Assembly (NCBI GenBank): GCA_963422615.1
Contig: OY730414.1
Location: 2,278,302 to 2,342,301, forward strand
From: Longimicrobiales bacterium
GTDB taxonomy: Bacteria > Gemmatimonadota > Gemmatimonadetes > Longimicrobiales > Gaopeijiaceae
DNA: 64,000 bases
Direction: 5' to 3'
The notes below the pieces were generated by a model. The model saw only the letters and a list, made by a program, of their open reading frames with translations. It ran no database searches and was not told where the DNA came from. The position numbers were made by a program, and so were the translations under genes. Positions 10,178 through 20,305 of this stretch are shown piece by piece. Numbering within the stretch: the first letter of the stretch is position 1; every line of letters starts with the position of its first letter.

Positions 10178-11358
10178 GAAGCCGCCTCCGATGCCGCAGG
10201 ACGGAGAAGACGGGCGATGGCCGTGGCGATGTCGGAGGTGGCGTCGGGATGCGACCGGCTCCGGGCCGCCGCGGACATGTCGGCAAGAAGGCCGGGGGAA
10301 TCAAGAAGTCGACGGACCTCCCTTCGGAGCCGCCTTCCCGTGAGTTCCGTTCCCTTGGGGTCTCTCTCCGGAAGGTGGAGCGCCGCTCCGGCCGCTTCCA
10401 GGGCCTGGGCATTCCGGGTCTGGTGAGCGCCGACGCCGGGGAGCGGAATCAGAACCGCGGGCAATCCCCACGCGAGGAACTCGGAGGTGGTCATGGCTCC
10501 GGCGCGGGAGACGGCCAGGTCGGCCGCGGCCAGAGCCCGGTACATGTCCGAAGGTTCCAGGTACGGAACGGCCCGCACGTTTTCCGCCGGAAGACCGGCC
10601 AGGGATGCCCGGACTCCCTCGAAGTGGGCCGGTCCGGTCACCCACAGAATGAACGCTTCGTTCGTCGTCCGTCCTGCGGAGACGATGTCCAAGGCGGCCC
10701 GGTTCAGGGTGTCCGCCCCCTGGCTTCCCCCAACGAACAGTACGACCGGACCCGTCGTTGGAAGGCCCAGTGCCCTGCGAGCTGCGGTTCGGTCGCGGTC
10801 TTGCAAGGGCGGAAGGGGGCGAATGGGGTTTCCGCCGTCGTGCACGCGACCGTGCACCCGAGCGGGCAGCGCAGCCTTGGCCTCCGGGTAGGCAAGGTGG
10901 ATCTGGCACGCCCACCTGGAAAGCAACCGAGTCGTCAGTCCCGGGTACATGTTCTGCTCCTGCAAGACGACGGGGAGCCTCAGAAGGGCCCCGGCGATCC
11001 CCGCGGGCGCCGACACGTAGCCGCCGGTCAGCACCACGGCTCGGACCCCTCGCCTCCGGAAGTCGAATACGAGACGCGCCGTAGCCCAAAGGAGAAGCCA
11101 CATCGCCTTGGCGTTCGCAACCGCAGCCCCGATCAGGCGTCCGGTCGCTCCCGCCCCGAAACCCGGCCGGCGAAGGCCCGTCACCCAGAGGAGCCGGTAG
11201 GGGTATCCCAGCCTCGGGAGCTCCCGAGCCTCGATCCGGCCCTTCGTCCCGACGAAGAAGGGCTCCGCGTCCGTCAATGTGCCGACCAAGGCCTCGGCGA
11301 TGTTCCGGGCGGGGTGGAAGTGCCCGGCCGTTCCGCCCCCGGAGAAGACCACGATCAC
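10174..11358 (-). CDS. murG: Lipid I N-acetylglucosaminyltransferase MurG
   Basis: GGGTAGH, GGYVS, EQN, GGSQGA, SRAGAMT. Start at the GTG overlapping the ftsW stop. Confidence 0.96.
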   Translation of the reverse strand: MIVVFSGGGTAGHFHPARNIAEALVGTLTDAEPFFVGTKGRIEARELPRLGYPYRLLWVTGLRRPGFGAGATGRLIGAAVANAKAMWLLLWATARLVFDFRRRGVRAVVLTGGYVSAPAGIAGALLRLPVVLQEQNMYPGLTTRLLSRWACQIHLAYPEAKAALPARVHGRVHDGGNPIRPLPPLQDRDRTAARRALGLPTTGPVVLFVGGSQGADTLNRAALDIVSAGRTTNEAFILWVTGPAHFEGVRASLAGLPAENVRAVPYLEPSDMYRALAAADLAVSRAGAMTTSEFLAWGLPAVLIPLPGVGAHQTRNAQALEAAGAALHLPERDPKGTELTGRRLRREVRRLLDSPGLLADMSAAARSRSHPDATSDIATAIARLLRPAASEAAS

Positions 11359-12614
11359 TGGCTTCCTCCCGCAGCAGCCCAATTGGAGGGCCTTCCCGGG
11401 GCTTCCCGGGCGACAGCCAGCAACATGCCCACGGCCGCGAGAACAACGATGATGTTCGTGCGCCCGAACGAAATGAATGGAAGGGAGAGCCCCGTAGCCG
11501 GAAGAACCCCCAGGCTGACGCCGATGTGAAGAAAAGCCTGGAGGCCGATCAGGGAGACGACACCCACGGCCAGCAGCTCCCCAAAGAGGTCCTTCGCCTG
11601 GCGCGCAATCCGGAAGCCGATGGCGATGAGGGCGACGAAGGCGAGGATGACCGCCAGGGATCCTACGAATCCCCACTCCTCCCCGATCATGGCAAAGATG
11701 AAGTCGTTGTGGACTTCCGGAAGGAAGCCGAATTTCTGGTGTCCCTTGCCGAATCCCACGCCCGTGACCCCGCCGGAGCCGATGGCAACCAGGCTCTGGT
11801 AGCTCTGAAAGACCGAGCCATCGGCCGGGATCCCCGGGTTGAGAAGAAGCGACTCCCACCTTGAGCCCCGGTATCCGGACTTGAAACCCGGCGCCACAAA
11901 TGGGACCAGGAGAAGGCCGAGAAAGACGAAATGCCCGATCCGCGCACCGGCGGTAAATACGATGAGCACCCCCAGCGCCGCGATCAGGCAAGCGGTCGAA
12001 ACGTCCGGCTCCAGGGCGACGGGAACCAGGATGCACGTCCACGCCACCAGAAAGGGGGCCAAGCCCGTTCGAAGGCTGCTGAAGGATGCCTGTCTCCGGA
12101 CCGCCATGGACGCGGTCCAGACCAGGACGGCGAGCTTGGCCAGATCCGACGGCTGAATCGTTACCCCAACCCGGAGCCACCGACGAGCGCCGTTGACGGT
12201 AGGAGCGATCCCTTCGGTAAAAGGGAGGACCAACAGGATCAGGAGGAACGTGGAAGCGATAATCATCGGGGTGGCCGCCCACCTCCACCACTCGGTGGGA
12301 ATCCGGGCGCAACCCAGCATGGCCACCAATCCGATGGCCACACCGACCCCTTGGCGGGCGACGTAGTGGTAGTGGGGCAGTTCGCTCCGCTGGGCCATCA
12401 CGGAACTGGCGCTATACAGTGTGAGCAGGCCGAAGAGTACCAGAACGGCGGTGAGCACCAGGATCGCCGGCAACTCCCAGCCTCGCCCCAATCCCGATTC
12501 CGGCAGGGAGCGCCGGGTCCAGGGCTGGACGTCCACGACCCAGGGTCCCCGGCGGCGCGACGGGCGTTTGCTGTAGCCGCCCAGCCAACGAAATGCGAAG
12601 CCGGTACTGGTCAT
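11355..12614 (-). CDS. ftsW: SEDS peptidoglycan polymerase FtsW
   Basis: NGARRW, IQPSD, LPEVHNDFIFAMIGEEWG, LPFISFG; many TM helices; start approximate. Confidence 0.95.
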   Translation of the reverse strand: MTSTGFAFRWLGGYSKRPSRRRGPWVVDVQPWTRRSLPESGLGRGWELPAILVLTAVLVLFGLLTLYSASSVMAQRSELPHYHYVARQGVGVAIGLVAMLGCARIPTEWWRWAATPMIIASTFLLILLVLPFTEGIAPTVNGARRWLRVGVTIQPSDLAKLAVLVWTASMAVRRQASFSSLRTGLAPFLVAWTCILVPVALEPDVSTACLIAALGVLIVFTAGARIGHFVFLGLLLVPFVAPGFKSGYRGSRWESLLLNPGIPADGSVFQSYQSLVAIGSGGVTGVGFGKGHQKFGFLPEVHNDFIFAMIGEEWGFVGSLAVILAFVALIAIGFRIARQAKDLFGELLAVGVVSLIGLQAFLHIGVSLGVLPATGLSLPFISFGRTNIIVVLAAVGMLLAVAREAPGRPSNWAAAGGSQ

Positions 12615-12615
12615 C

Positions 12616-14097
12616 TCACGGCCCTTGACGTGCGCTCGCTCCGGCCAGGGCCCGGAACGCGTCGCCCCGCTCCTGGTAGTCCCTGAACATGTCGAAGCTG
12701 GAACAGGCCGGGGACAGGAGCAGCGTTTCTCCCGGCTCCGCCAAAGCGAGGCCCGTCGCCACGACCTCTTCGAAGGGACCGTCAACCCGCTTCACCCGGG
12801 TTCCGACGCCCACTGCGGCAGAAATCTCCGCTTCCGCTCTTCGACCCGCCGCACCGTAGGCCACCACGACCCGCACCTTGTCCTTCATGGACGGCGCAAG
12901 TTCCCGGAAAGACTCCCCTTTGTCCGTCCCCCCCAGGAGAAGCACCAAGGAGCCGCCCAGTCCATCCAAAGCACTGGCGACGGCGGCCACATTCGTCGCC
13001 TTGGAATCGTTGACCCAAAGAACACCGGCAACGGTTCCCACCGGTTCCAGACGATGTGGGAGCGGCTCGAAGGAGCCGAGCGCGTCGCCCATGGACCCGG
13101 AATCCGCCCCCGCAGCAGCGGCAGCCAGAACGGCGGCGAGCGCGTTGGCCACGTTGTGGCGTCCGAGCAGTCTCATGGATGGGGCGACCGTGAGCCGGCG
13201 TGGACCCGCCCACCGCTTCGCGCCCATGCCACCCCCTGAATGAAATCCGGCCAGATCCAGCACCAGACCCCCGTCAGCCGAAAAGGCCCCCGGCGAGAAG
13301 GGACCCTCCAGGGAGAACCGCAGGTGGGCGCCGGGAACGGCGGCCGCCATGTCCAGGACCGCAGGGTCATCTCCGTTGAGCACCCAGGTCGTGTCCTCCG
13401 TGCCGATATCGAAGAGACGGCGCTTGTCCCTGTGGTAGGCCTCGACGGATGCATATCGGTCCAGGTGATCCGTCCCCAGGTTGGTCATGACCCCGACGGC
13501 GGGGGTCATTTCCCGAGTGTGGGCCAGCTGGAACGAGGACATTTCAAGCACGACCCAGTCCGGAACCGGGTCCGCCAACGCCAAAGCGGAAGCCGGCGGC
13601 CCCAGACCGCCCCCTATGTTCCCGCCAAGAGCCGCGTCGAAGCCCCCTGCCCCCAGGAGATGGGCACACAGGGCGGCGGTCGTGGTCTTCCCGTTGGTGC
13701 CGGTCACTATGATCAGTGGACTCTGCAGGAACCGACAGGCGAATTCAGGCTCCGATACCCAACCGACGCCCCGCGCGCGAAGGGACGCGAGGATGGGGGC
13801 GTTCGGAGGGATTCCCGGGCTGGCCACGATAGTGTCCGCCGAAGCCACCTCGTCAAGGAGATGTTCACCGATGGAGACCCGGGCTCCGAGAGCCCGCAGT
13901 GTGGCTCCACGGGTTGCAACTGCAACATCGCTACTCGCATCCGTGACATGAACTTCCGCTCCTTTCGCCAGGGCCAGACGCGCCGCGGCTTCTCCGCTCG
14001 CGCCCATTCCGATGACGGCAACTTTTTCCTTGTTTTTCTCAAGACCGCTTTCGCTCCGGCAGGCCGGGGGGATTGAAAGCCCGAGGTGCCCCTTCAT
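12616..14097 (-). CDS. murD: UDP-MurNAc-L-Ala--D-glutamate ligase
   Basis: GTNGKTTT, EMSSFQL, DHLDRY, NDSKATN, LSPACSSFD. ATG overlaps the mraY stop. Confidence 0.97.
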   Translation of the reverse strand: MKGHLGLSIPPACRSESGLEKNKEKVAVIGMGASGEAAARLALAKGAEVHVTDASSDVAVATRGATLRALGARVSIGEHLLDEVASADTIVASPGIPPNAPILASLRARGVGWVSEPEFACRFLQSPLIIVTGTNGKTTTAALCAHLLGAGGFDAALGGNIGGGLGPPASALALADPVPDWVVLEMSSFQLAHTREMTPAVGVMTNLGTDHLDRYASVEAYHRDKRRLFDIGTEDTTWVLNGDDPAVLDMAAAVPGAHLRFSLEGPFSPGAFSADGGLVLDLAGFHSGGGMGAKRWAGPRRLTVAPSMRLLGRHNVANALAAVLAAAAAGADSGSMGDALGSFEPLPHRLEPVGTVAGVLWVNDSKATNVAAVASALDGLGGSLVLLLGGTDKGESFRELAPSMKDKVRVVVAYGAAGRRAEAEISAAVGVGTRVKRVDGPFEEVVATGLALAEPGETLLLSPACSSFDMFRDYQERGDAFRALAGASARQGP

Positions 14098-15200
14098 CGC
14101 AACTTGAGCGTGGCGAAGCCGGCCATTGCGCATAGGATTCCCAGGATCCAAAACCGGACCACGACCTGCTCGTCCTTCCACCCCACCCTTTGGAAGTGGT
14201 GATGGATGGGGGCACATCGGAAAACGCGGCGACCTTCGCCGTAGCGCCACTTCGTGTACTTGAAGTACCTCGTCTGGACGATCACCGACGCCGCTTCCAG
14301 CACGAATACGCCCCCGACACACAGCAACAGAAGCTCGGCCTTAAGGAGCAGGGCCATGGCCCCGATGCTGCCCCCGAGGGCCAAGGAGCCCGTGTCGCCC
14401 ATGATGACCCGGGCCGGTTGGGTGTTGTGCCAAAGGAATCCCAGAAGGGAACCCGTGATTCCTGCGGCGAAAACGGCGAGTTCCCCGGCCCCCGGCAGAT
14501 AGAACAACCCCAGATAGGCGGACGTATCCACCCTGCCGATGAGGTAGGCAAAGGCCGCGAAGGTGCTCACCGCGATGGCGGCGAGGCCCGGTGCCAGTCC
14601 GTCCAGTCCGTCGGTCAGGTTCACGGCGTGGGTAGCCCCGGTCAGGACGAGGGTAACCCACACCAGGTAGGCCGGGGTTCCGAAGACAAGCTGCAGCTCG
14701 TCGAAGAACGGAAGATGGATACTGGTTGGGCCCACCGAAGAAAGGGGAGGGCCGAAGACCAGGAACAGGCCCAGGGCGAGGCCCACGGTCAGAGAACCCA
14801 ACCACTTGTACCGTTCGACCAGACCCCGGGGAGTGCGGCGTACCACCTTGAGGTAGTCGTCCAGGAATCCCAGAAGCCCCATCCAGCCCATGACGACGAG
14901 GGCAATGACCGAGTAGGGATTGGCCAGCTCGGCCCAAAGCAGGGTGGATACAGCCACCGCCGAAACAATGAGCAGGCCCCCCATGTTCGCCTTCGGGTCT
15001 CTGTCGGGAGACTCGGTCTCTCCCGACCGGGCGACATCGTGGATTCCCCGGCGTTTCAACCAGTTCACGACCCGACCCCCCAGAAGGAGCGTCAACATCA
15101 AACCCGTCACCAGGGCCCCGGCGGACCGCACGGTGAGGTAGTTGAAGAGGTTGAAGACGATGTGAATGTCTTCCAAGCGGGGCAGGAAGTGGTACAGCAT
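14094..15200 (-). CDS. mraY: Phospho-N-acetylmuramoyl-pentapeptide transferase
   Basis: GFLDDY, NLTDGLDGL, MGDTGSL, APIHHHF. Confidence 0.98.
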   Translation of the reverse strand: MLYHFLPRLEDIHIVFNLFNYLTVRSAGALVTGLMLTLLLGGRVVNWLKRRGIHDVARSGETESPDRDPKANMGGLLIVSAVAVSTLLWAELANPYSVIALVVMGWMGLLGFLDDYLKVVRRTPRGLVERYKWLGSLTVGLALGLFLVFGPPLSSVGPTSIHLPFFDELQLVFGTPAYLVWVTLVLTGATHAVNLTDGLDGLAPGLAAIAVSTFAAFAYLIGRVDTSAYLGLFYLPGAGELAVFAAGITGSLLGFLWHNTQPARVIMGDTGSLALGGSIGAMALLLKAELLLLCVGGVFVLEAASVIVQTRYFKYTKWRYGEGRRVFRCAPIHHHFQRVGWKDEQVVVRFWILGILCAMAGFATLKLR

Positions 15201-16570
15201 CAGATCGCTGCTCTCCCAAAGGAGGATTCGAGAGCCGGGATCATCCGTTCGAGGCGGACACCCCGGGACGCCTTGAGAAGCACCGCATCCCCCGGTTTCA
15301 ACGCGCCGACAAGGCGCTCCGCCCCTTCCTCCACCCCCACCGCGCAAAGAACCCGGGGATCGGAAAGCCGCTTCCCCGCCCGGGCAAAGGCCCCGATGAG
15401 GACATACCGGTCGATCCTGGCCCGAAGGGCCCGGCGAAGGGCCTCCCGGTGGATCGCCCGGGACCGGTGCCCGAGCTCGAGCATCGTTCCCAGGACGGCC
15501 ACTTTGCGACCCCGGACCGTCATGCCCTCCAGCGTCGCCAACGCGGCCCCGACCCCGGCGGCATTGGCGTTGTAACAGTCGACCAGAAGGGTAAGGGAGC
15601 CCAGCCTCCGGACCTCCCCCCGCATGGCCCCGGGAGCCACGGACGATATCCCGGCAGCGGCGCGCTCGGGGGCAACGGCCAGGGAACGGGCGACCGCCAG
15701 AGCCAGGAGGGCGTTGTACACGTTGTGAGCCCCCGGAATCCGCAGGGAAACCGGATGGCCCATCCAGGTGAAGGCGTACGTGCCGTCGGCGCGAAGGGAA
15801 GCGCCGAAGGGACGCAGATTTACGTCCGCCCTGTCGGTCCAGCCGCCTACGGCCGTACCGGGACGGATCTTTCGGGCCTCCCGGACCAGGTCGGGGGGTT
15901 CGTCTCCCACGACGGCCGAACCGGTGTCCTCCACGGCCCGGAGCAGGTCCAGCTTTTCGGACAGCACCCCGGTCAGGTCCTTCAACCGTTCGGTGTGGGT
16001 CTCGGAAACCGTCGTGACCACACCCACGGTCGGCCGGGCAATGCGGGCCAGCTCGGCGATCTCCCCGGGCTCGTTGGTGCCCATCTCCAGGACCAAGGCC
16101 GCGGTATCTCCGGGCATGGCCAGGATGGTGAGGGGGGTCCCGACCCGGTTGTTGCGGTTCGCCCGGGTCCCGTGTACCCGAAGGGACGTCGACAGCGCAC
16201 CCACGGTGAAGTCCTTCACCGTGGTCTTCCCCGAGGAGCCGGTAATCCCCACCACGGGCACCCTGGCAAGGTTCCGACGGTACAGGGCCAGGTCTCCCAA
16301 GGCCGTCAGCGTGTCGGGGACCGAGTAGGTTTCCACGGGAACATCAACCGGGCGCCGAACCACCACCGCCCCGCACCCTCGGGCCGCCGCTTGCTTCGCG
16401 AAGTCATGGCCGTCGAAGCGGCCCCCCTCGATGGCAACGAAGACCTCGCCCGGGCGAAGCGTTCGCGTGTCCGTCGAAATCCCCCGGTAGATCCGGTCGG
16501 AATCGCCCCCGGACAGCCCCAGGGCTCGCCGAATCGAAGCATCGCTCCAACGGAAGGTCGCAGGGGTCAC
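15200..16570 (-). CDS. murF: UDP-MurNAc-tripeptide--D-Ala-D-Ala ligase
   Basis: STDTR, GSSGKTTVK, EMGTNEPGEI, DCYNAN, LKASRG. Confidence 0.97.
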   Translation of the reverse strand: MTPATFRWSDASIRRALGLSGGDSDRIYRGISTDTRTLRPGEVFVAIEGGRFDGHDFAKQAAARGCGAVVVRRPVDVPVETYSVPDTLTALGDLALYRRNLARVPVVGITGSSGKTTVKDFTVGALSTSLRVHGTRANRNNRVGTPLTILAMPGDTAALVLEMGTNEPGEIAELARIARPTVGVVTTVSETHTERLKDLTGVLSEKLDLLRAVEDTGSAVVGDEPPDLVREARKIRPGTAVGGWTDRADVNLRPFGASLRADGTYAFTWMGHPVSLRIPGAHNVYNALLALAVARSLAVAPERAAAGISSVAPGAMRGEVRRLGSLTLLVDCYNANAAGVGAALATLEGMTVRGRKVAVLGTMLELGHRSRAIHREALRRALRARIDRYVLIGAFARAGKRLSDPRVLCAVGVEEGAERLVGALKPGDAVLLKASRGVRLERMIPALESSFGRAAI

Positions 16571-18051
16571 GAGGCCCTTCCCTTCGACAGGTATTCGAGG
16601 ACGATCCGGCGCTCATCGAAGGGCTGCCTCTCGGTGCCCACGACCTGACAGGTCTCATGCCCCTTTCCCGACAGAACCACCATGTCGCCGGGCTCCGCCC
16701 AGTCCAGCGCCTGGTGGATCGCCGTGCGCCGGTCGACGATCTCCACCGCTTTGCCCCCTTCGACCCCGGCCGCCACCTGGGAGACGATGCTCCCGGGGTC
16801 CTCCGTGCGGGGGTTGTCCGACGTCACGACCGCCGTGTCCGCGTACCGGGAAACCGCGGCCCCCATCCGGGGACGCTTGGCTGGATCCCGGTCTCCGCCG
16901 GCACCGAACACGACAATGAGCCGCCCGGCGACCAACGCTCGCAGGGCCTTCAGAGCCTGCTCCAGGGCGTCGGGGGTATGGGCGAAGTCGATCAGGACGT
17001 CGAAGGGATCGTCGGCGATCCGCTCCATGCGGCCGGGAACGGGCGTCGCATCCCCCAGGCCCCTGGCCACATCCTCCAGCGGCTGGCCCAGCGCCAACGC
17101 ACACGCCGCCGCGCAGAGGGCGTTGCCGATGTTGAATTCACCGGGAAGCGGGAACGCCACCGGGATCCGTACGCCTTCCCACTCCAGATCGAAGCGCGAT
17201 CCTTCCGAAGACAGGCGGATGTTTCTGGCCCGAAGGTCCCCGGAGGGGCCCAGACCGTAGCGAACGACAGGCCCGGAGGGCTGAAGCGCCCGCCAGGCCG
17301 GATCGTCGGCGTTGATCACCGCCCAGCCGCCGTTCTTGGGGAGTTCCAGCAGGCGGGCCTTGGCGGCAAGGTATCGCTCCCGACTGCCGTGATAGTCCAG
17401 GTGGTCCCGGGACAGGTTGGTAAAGGCGGTCACGTCGAAACGCACGCCGTCCAGCCGATACTGGTGCAGAGCATGGGAGGAAGCCTCCATGACGACGCTG
17501 GTGACGCCCGACCGGGCCAGGGACGACAACAATCCGGAGAGGCGGACCGGTCCAGGCGTGGTGAGGCTCCCGGTGTCGGGTCCCACCCGACCCTCGGGAC
17601 CCAGGACGCCCAGCGTCCCGATTGCGGCGGCGGGCCCTTCCCGCTGCAGGAGGCCTTGAAGGAGAAGCGTCGTGGTGGTCTTGCCGTTCGTTCCGGTGAC
17701 CCCCACGGTCCGGAGTTTGCGCCACGGCGAACCGGCCGCGAAGTCGGACGCCACCGCCGCGGCCAAGCGGGCGTTGTCGACCTGGATTTGGGGCAGGGCC
17801 GCTTCAGGCACGGGACGCTCCACAATTGCCGCGACGGCGCCTGCTCTCCCCGCCTGGGCAACGTACTCGTGGCCGTCGTGGGCGCCGCCGGCCCACGTCA
17901 CGAAGAGGTCGCCGAGCTTCACCTCCCGGGAGTCCTGGCGGACGCCGCCCACGTGGAGCCGGTTCAACCGGGCCCGCCCTCCCCCAATCGCCTTCACAGA
18001 AACGCCCGCGCTCTCCAAAGCGTTCAGAAATCGGGACATGGCAACCGTCAC
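16567..18051 (-). CDS. murE: UDP-MurNAc-L-Ala-D-Glu--meso-diaminopimelate ligase
   Basis: GTNGKTTT, EASSHAL, DHLDYH, DFAHTPD; DNPR motif typical of meso-DAP-specific MurE. Confidence 0.97.
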   Translation of the reverse strand: MTVAMSRFLNALESAGVSVKAIGGGRARLNRLHVGGVRQDSREVKLGDLFVTWAGGAHDGHEYVAQAGRAGAVAAIVERPVPEAALPQIQVDNARLAAAVASDFAAGSPWRKLRTVGVTGTNGKTTTTLLLQGLLQREGPAAAIGTLGVLGPEGRVGPDTGSLTTPGPVRLSGLLSSLARSGVTSVVMEASSHALHQYRLDGVRFDVTAFTNLSRDHLDYHGSRERYLAAKARLLELPKNGGWAVINADDPAWRALQPSGPVVRYGLGPSGDLRARNIRLSSEGSRFDLEWEGVRIPVAFPLPGEFNIGNALCAAACALALGQPLEDVARGLGDATPVPGRMERIADDPFDVLIDFAHTPDALEQALKALRALVAGRLIVVFGAGGDRDPAKRPRMGAAVSRYADTAVVTSDNPRTEDPGSIVSQVAAGVEGGKAVEIVDRRTAIHQALDWAEPGDMVVLSGKGHETCQVVGTERQPFDERRIVLEYLSKGRAS

Positions 18052-20027
18052 GCTCCCCGTCCCCGAACCTGGATCGTATCCCCGGCCCGAATGGCGGAAC
18101 CCCCGGGCGGGACGGTCTCCAAGACGGTTCCGCTCCCTTCGAGGCGGACCCTCAGTCCCATTTTGTGCAATCGGCGAAGGGCGACGCGGATGGGCGTATC
18201 CCGCAAGCGGGGAACGGTCATTTCGGCCCGTTCAACGGCCGGGACCCGGGCGGCGGTCGGCACCTCGATTCCCGTCTCTTCAATGGAGGCCGCAAACTGC
18301 ACCAGAGGCGTGGTGGGCGGCGGCGGGGAGACGTGGCGCTGGACTCGGGACAACGCCTTCCGGTCAATGGGCGACTGGCGCGCCGAGAGAAGGGATTCCA
18401 TCGCCGCCAGGGTTACGGGCGCGGCGGTGGCGCCGCCATAGTAGGAGCCCCTGGGGCGGTCCAGCTTTACAAAAAAGAGAAGCTGAGTATCGTCGGCCGG
18501 AAAATACGCGCCGAAGGACGCATAATAGGCGCCCTCTTCGTACCGTCCGTTCTTCCCCAAGGCCCGGGACGTGCCACTCTTCCCCGCCACCAGAAAGGAC
18601 GACATGCGGGCTCGGGTCCCTGTACCGGTCTCCACCACATCGACGAGAACCCGCTTTAGGGCGTCGGTGACCCGAGGGGACACCACCCTCCGGATTTTCC
18701 GGGATCGGCCGGAGTAGAGCAGACTCCCGTCCTGACCCCGTACTTCCTTCACCAGCCGGGGCTCCATGAGCCACCCTCCATTGGCCAGGACGCCGAAGGC
18801 CATGGCCATTTGGAGGGGCGTGACCGAAAGCTCGTATCCGAAGGCGAGAGAATGCGAAGACTGACCGGACCACTGCTGAGGCCTGCGAAGCACACCGGAG
18901 GCTTCGCCAGGCAAAAGAATCCCGGTCGGAGTCCCGAAGCCGAAGTCCCTCAGGGCGAGGTACTGCTGGGTGTGGGTGAGCCGTTCGGCGAACTTCGCAA
19001 TCCCCACATTGGAGGACTGCTGGATGACCTCATGAAGGGTAAGCCAACCGCCCCCTGCGATATCGGTGATTCGTCGACCCTTCACCTCCCAGACCCCCGT
19101 GCCCGTGTCGACGGAATCCGAAAGGGACGCGAGGTCGTGGCGGAGGAGGGCCGCCGTGGTAAACGGCTTGATCGTGGAGCCCGGTTCGTACGGCGTGTTT
19201 ACGGCCGAGAGGACGTTGCCGGAGCCATTCAGAATGGACGTCAAGGCCAGGATCTCGCCCGTCAACGGGTCGGTGACCACCATGTCGCCGCCCCGGGCTC
19301 CGGTGGACGCCACCGCTGTGGAGAGCACTTCCTCGGCGATGGTCTGCAGGTCCATGTCGACGGTGAGGACCACGTCCCGTCCGGAAAGGGGCGCCTGCAC
19401 CGTCACGACCCGTCCCGGAATTTCCCTTCCCATGTTGTCTCGAGCGATGATCTCCCGGCCCGGTCGGCCCGTCAGCACCGAATCCAGGGATTGTTCGATT
19501 CCGCCCTTGCCGATTCCGTCCTGAACCCCGCCAAGCAACCCGCTGGCCAGTCCTTCTCTCGGATAGAGGCGGCGAAGCTCCCCCAAGACATGGACGCCCC
19601 GGAGTCCCCGAAGCTGCGAGACCCGGGTCATGGAGTAACGGCCAGGGACCACATGCCAGGAGCGGGTCGGCGCCGACACCCGGCGGGCCGTGGTTTCGCG
19701 CACCCCCAGGTTTTCGACCAGGGCGGCAACGACCTTCTCCCGGTCCTGGATTTCGTTGGGCGCGACGCCCACCGACGACCTCCAGTGGCTCACCGCCAAT
19801 TCGGCCCCGTTTCGGTCCAGTATCCGACCCCTGTGCGCGGGAACGACCTTGCTCTTCTGGTGCTGTCCAAGCGCGTCTTTCATCCACGCCATGCGTTCCA
19901 CGACTTGGACTTCCGCGGCCCGGGCGATCAGGACCCCCGCAAGGACGATCCAGAACCCGAGCTGGAGCCGACGCCGAATCTGAATTCTCCGGTATGGACC
20001 GGGCCGCACACGGGAGGGCGTCACCAC
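18048..20027 (-). CDS. ftsI: Class B penicillin-binding protein FtsI with C-terminal PASTA-like domain
   Basis: RGRILDRNG, SxxK (STIK), SxN (SSN), KSG motifs; dcw position. Confidence 0.94.
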   Translation of the reverse strand: MVTPSRVRPGPYRRIQIRRRLQLGFWIVLAGVLIARAAEVQVVERMAWMKDALGQHQKSKVVPAHRGRILDRNGAELAVSHWRSSVGVAPNEIQDREKVVAALVENLGVRETTARRVSAPTRSWHVVPGRYSMTRVSQLRGLRGVHVLGELRRLYPREGLASGLLGGVQDGIGKGGIEQSLDSVLTGRPGREIIARDNMGREIPGRVVTVQAPLSGRDVVLTVDMDLQTIAEEVLSTAVASTGARGGDMVVTDPLTGEILALTSILNGSGNVLSAVNTPYEPGSTIKPFTTAALLRHDLASLSDSVDTGTGVWEVKGRRITDIAGGGWLTLHEVIQQSSNVGIAKFAERLTHTQQYLALRDFGFGTPTGILLPGEASGVLRRPQQWSGQSSHSLAFGYELSVTPLQMAMAFGVLANGGWLMEPRLVKEVRGQDGSLLYSGRSRKIRRVVSPRVTDALKRVLVDVVETGTGTRARMSSFLVAGKSGTSRALGKNGRYEEGAYYASFGAYFPADDTQLLFFVKLDRPRGSYYGGATAAPVTLAAMESLLSARQSPIDRKALSRVQRHVSPPPPTTPLVQFAASIEETGIEVPTAARVPAVERAEMTVPRLRDTPIRVALRRLHKMGLRVRLEGSGTVLETVPPGGSAIRAGDTIQVRGRGA

Positions 20028-20305
20028 GAACCTCCCGAAGGGATGACGACTTCCCGTTCGGTCGCCGGACGCAGGCCCAGGCGTCTCGCCGCCTCGGTGC
20101 TGATCCAGGGCCGTCCTTCGATGACGACCAAGCGCCGGGCCAGCTCTTCCCGCTGGTCGGCGGCAACGGCCAGTTCCCGGGCCAGCCGGTCAAGCGCCTC
20201 CATGGTCTCCCGGGCCGTGGACTGGCGCCAAGCCACCGTGGCAAGGGACGTCAGAACGGCGGCAAGGGCAAAGATCGCCCTTCCGGTAACGGCTCTGTCC
20301 TTCAT
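20021..20305 (-). CDS. ftsL: FtsL-like cell division protein
   Basis: 94 aa, TM plus coiled coil, ARRLGL motif, between rsmH and ftsI; ATG overlaps the rsmH stop. Confidence 0.75.
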   Translation of the reverse strand: MKDRAVTGRAIFALAAVLTSLATVAWRQSTARETMEALDRLARELAVAADQREELARRLVVIEGRPWISTEAARRLGLRPATEREVVIPSGGSW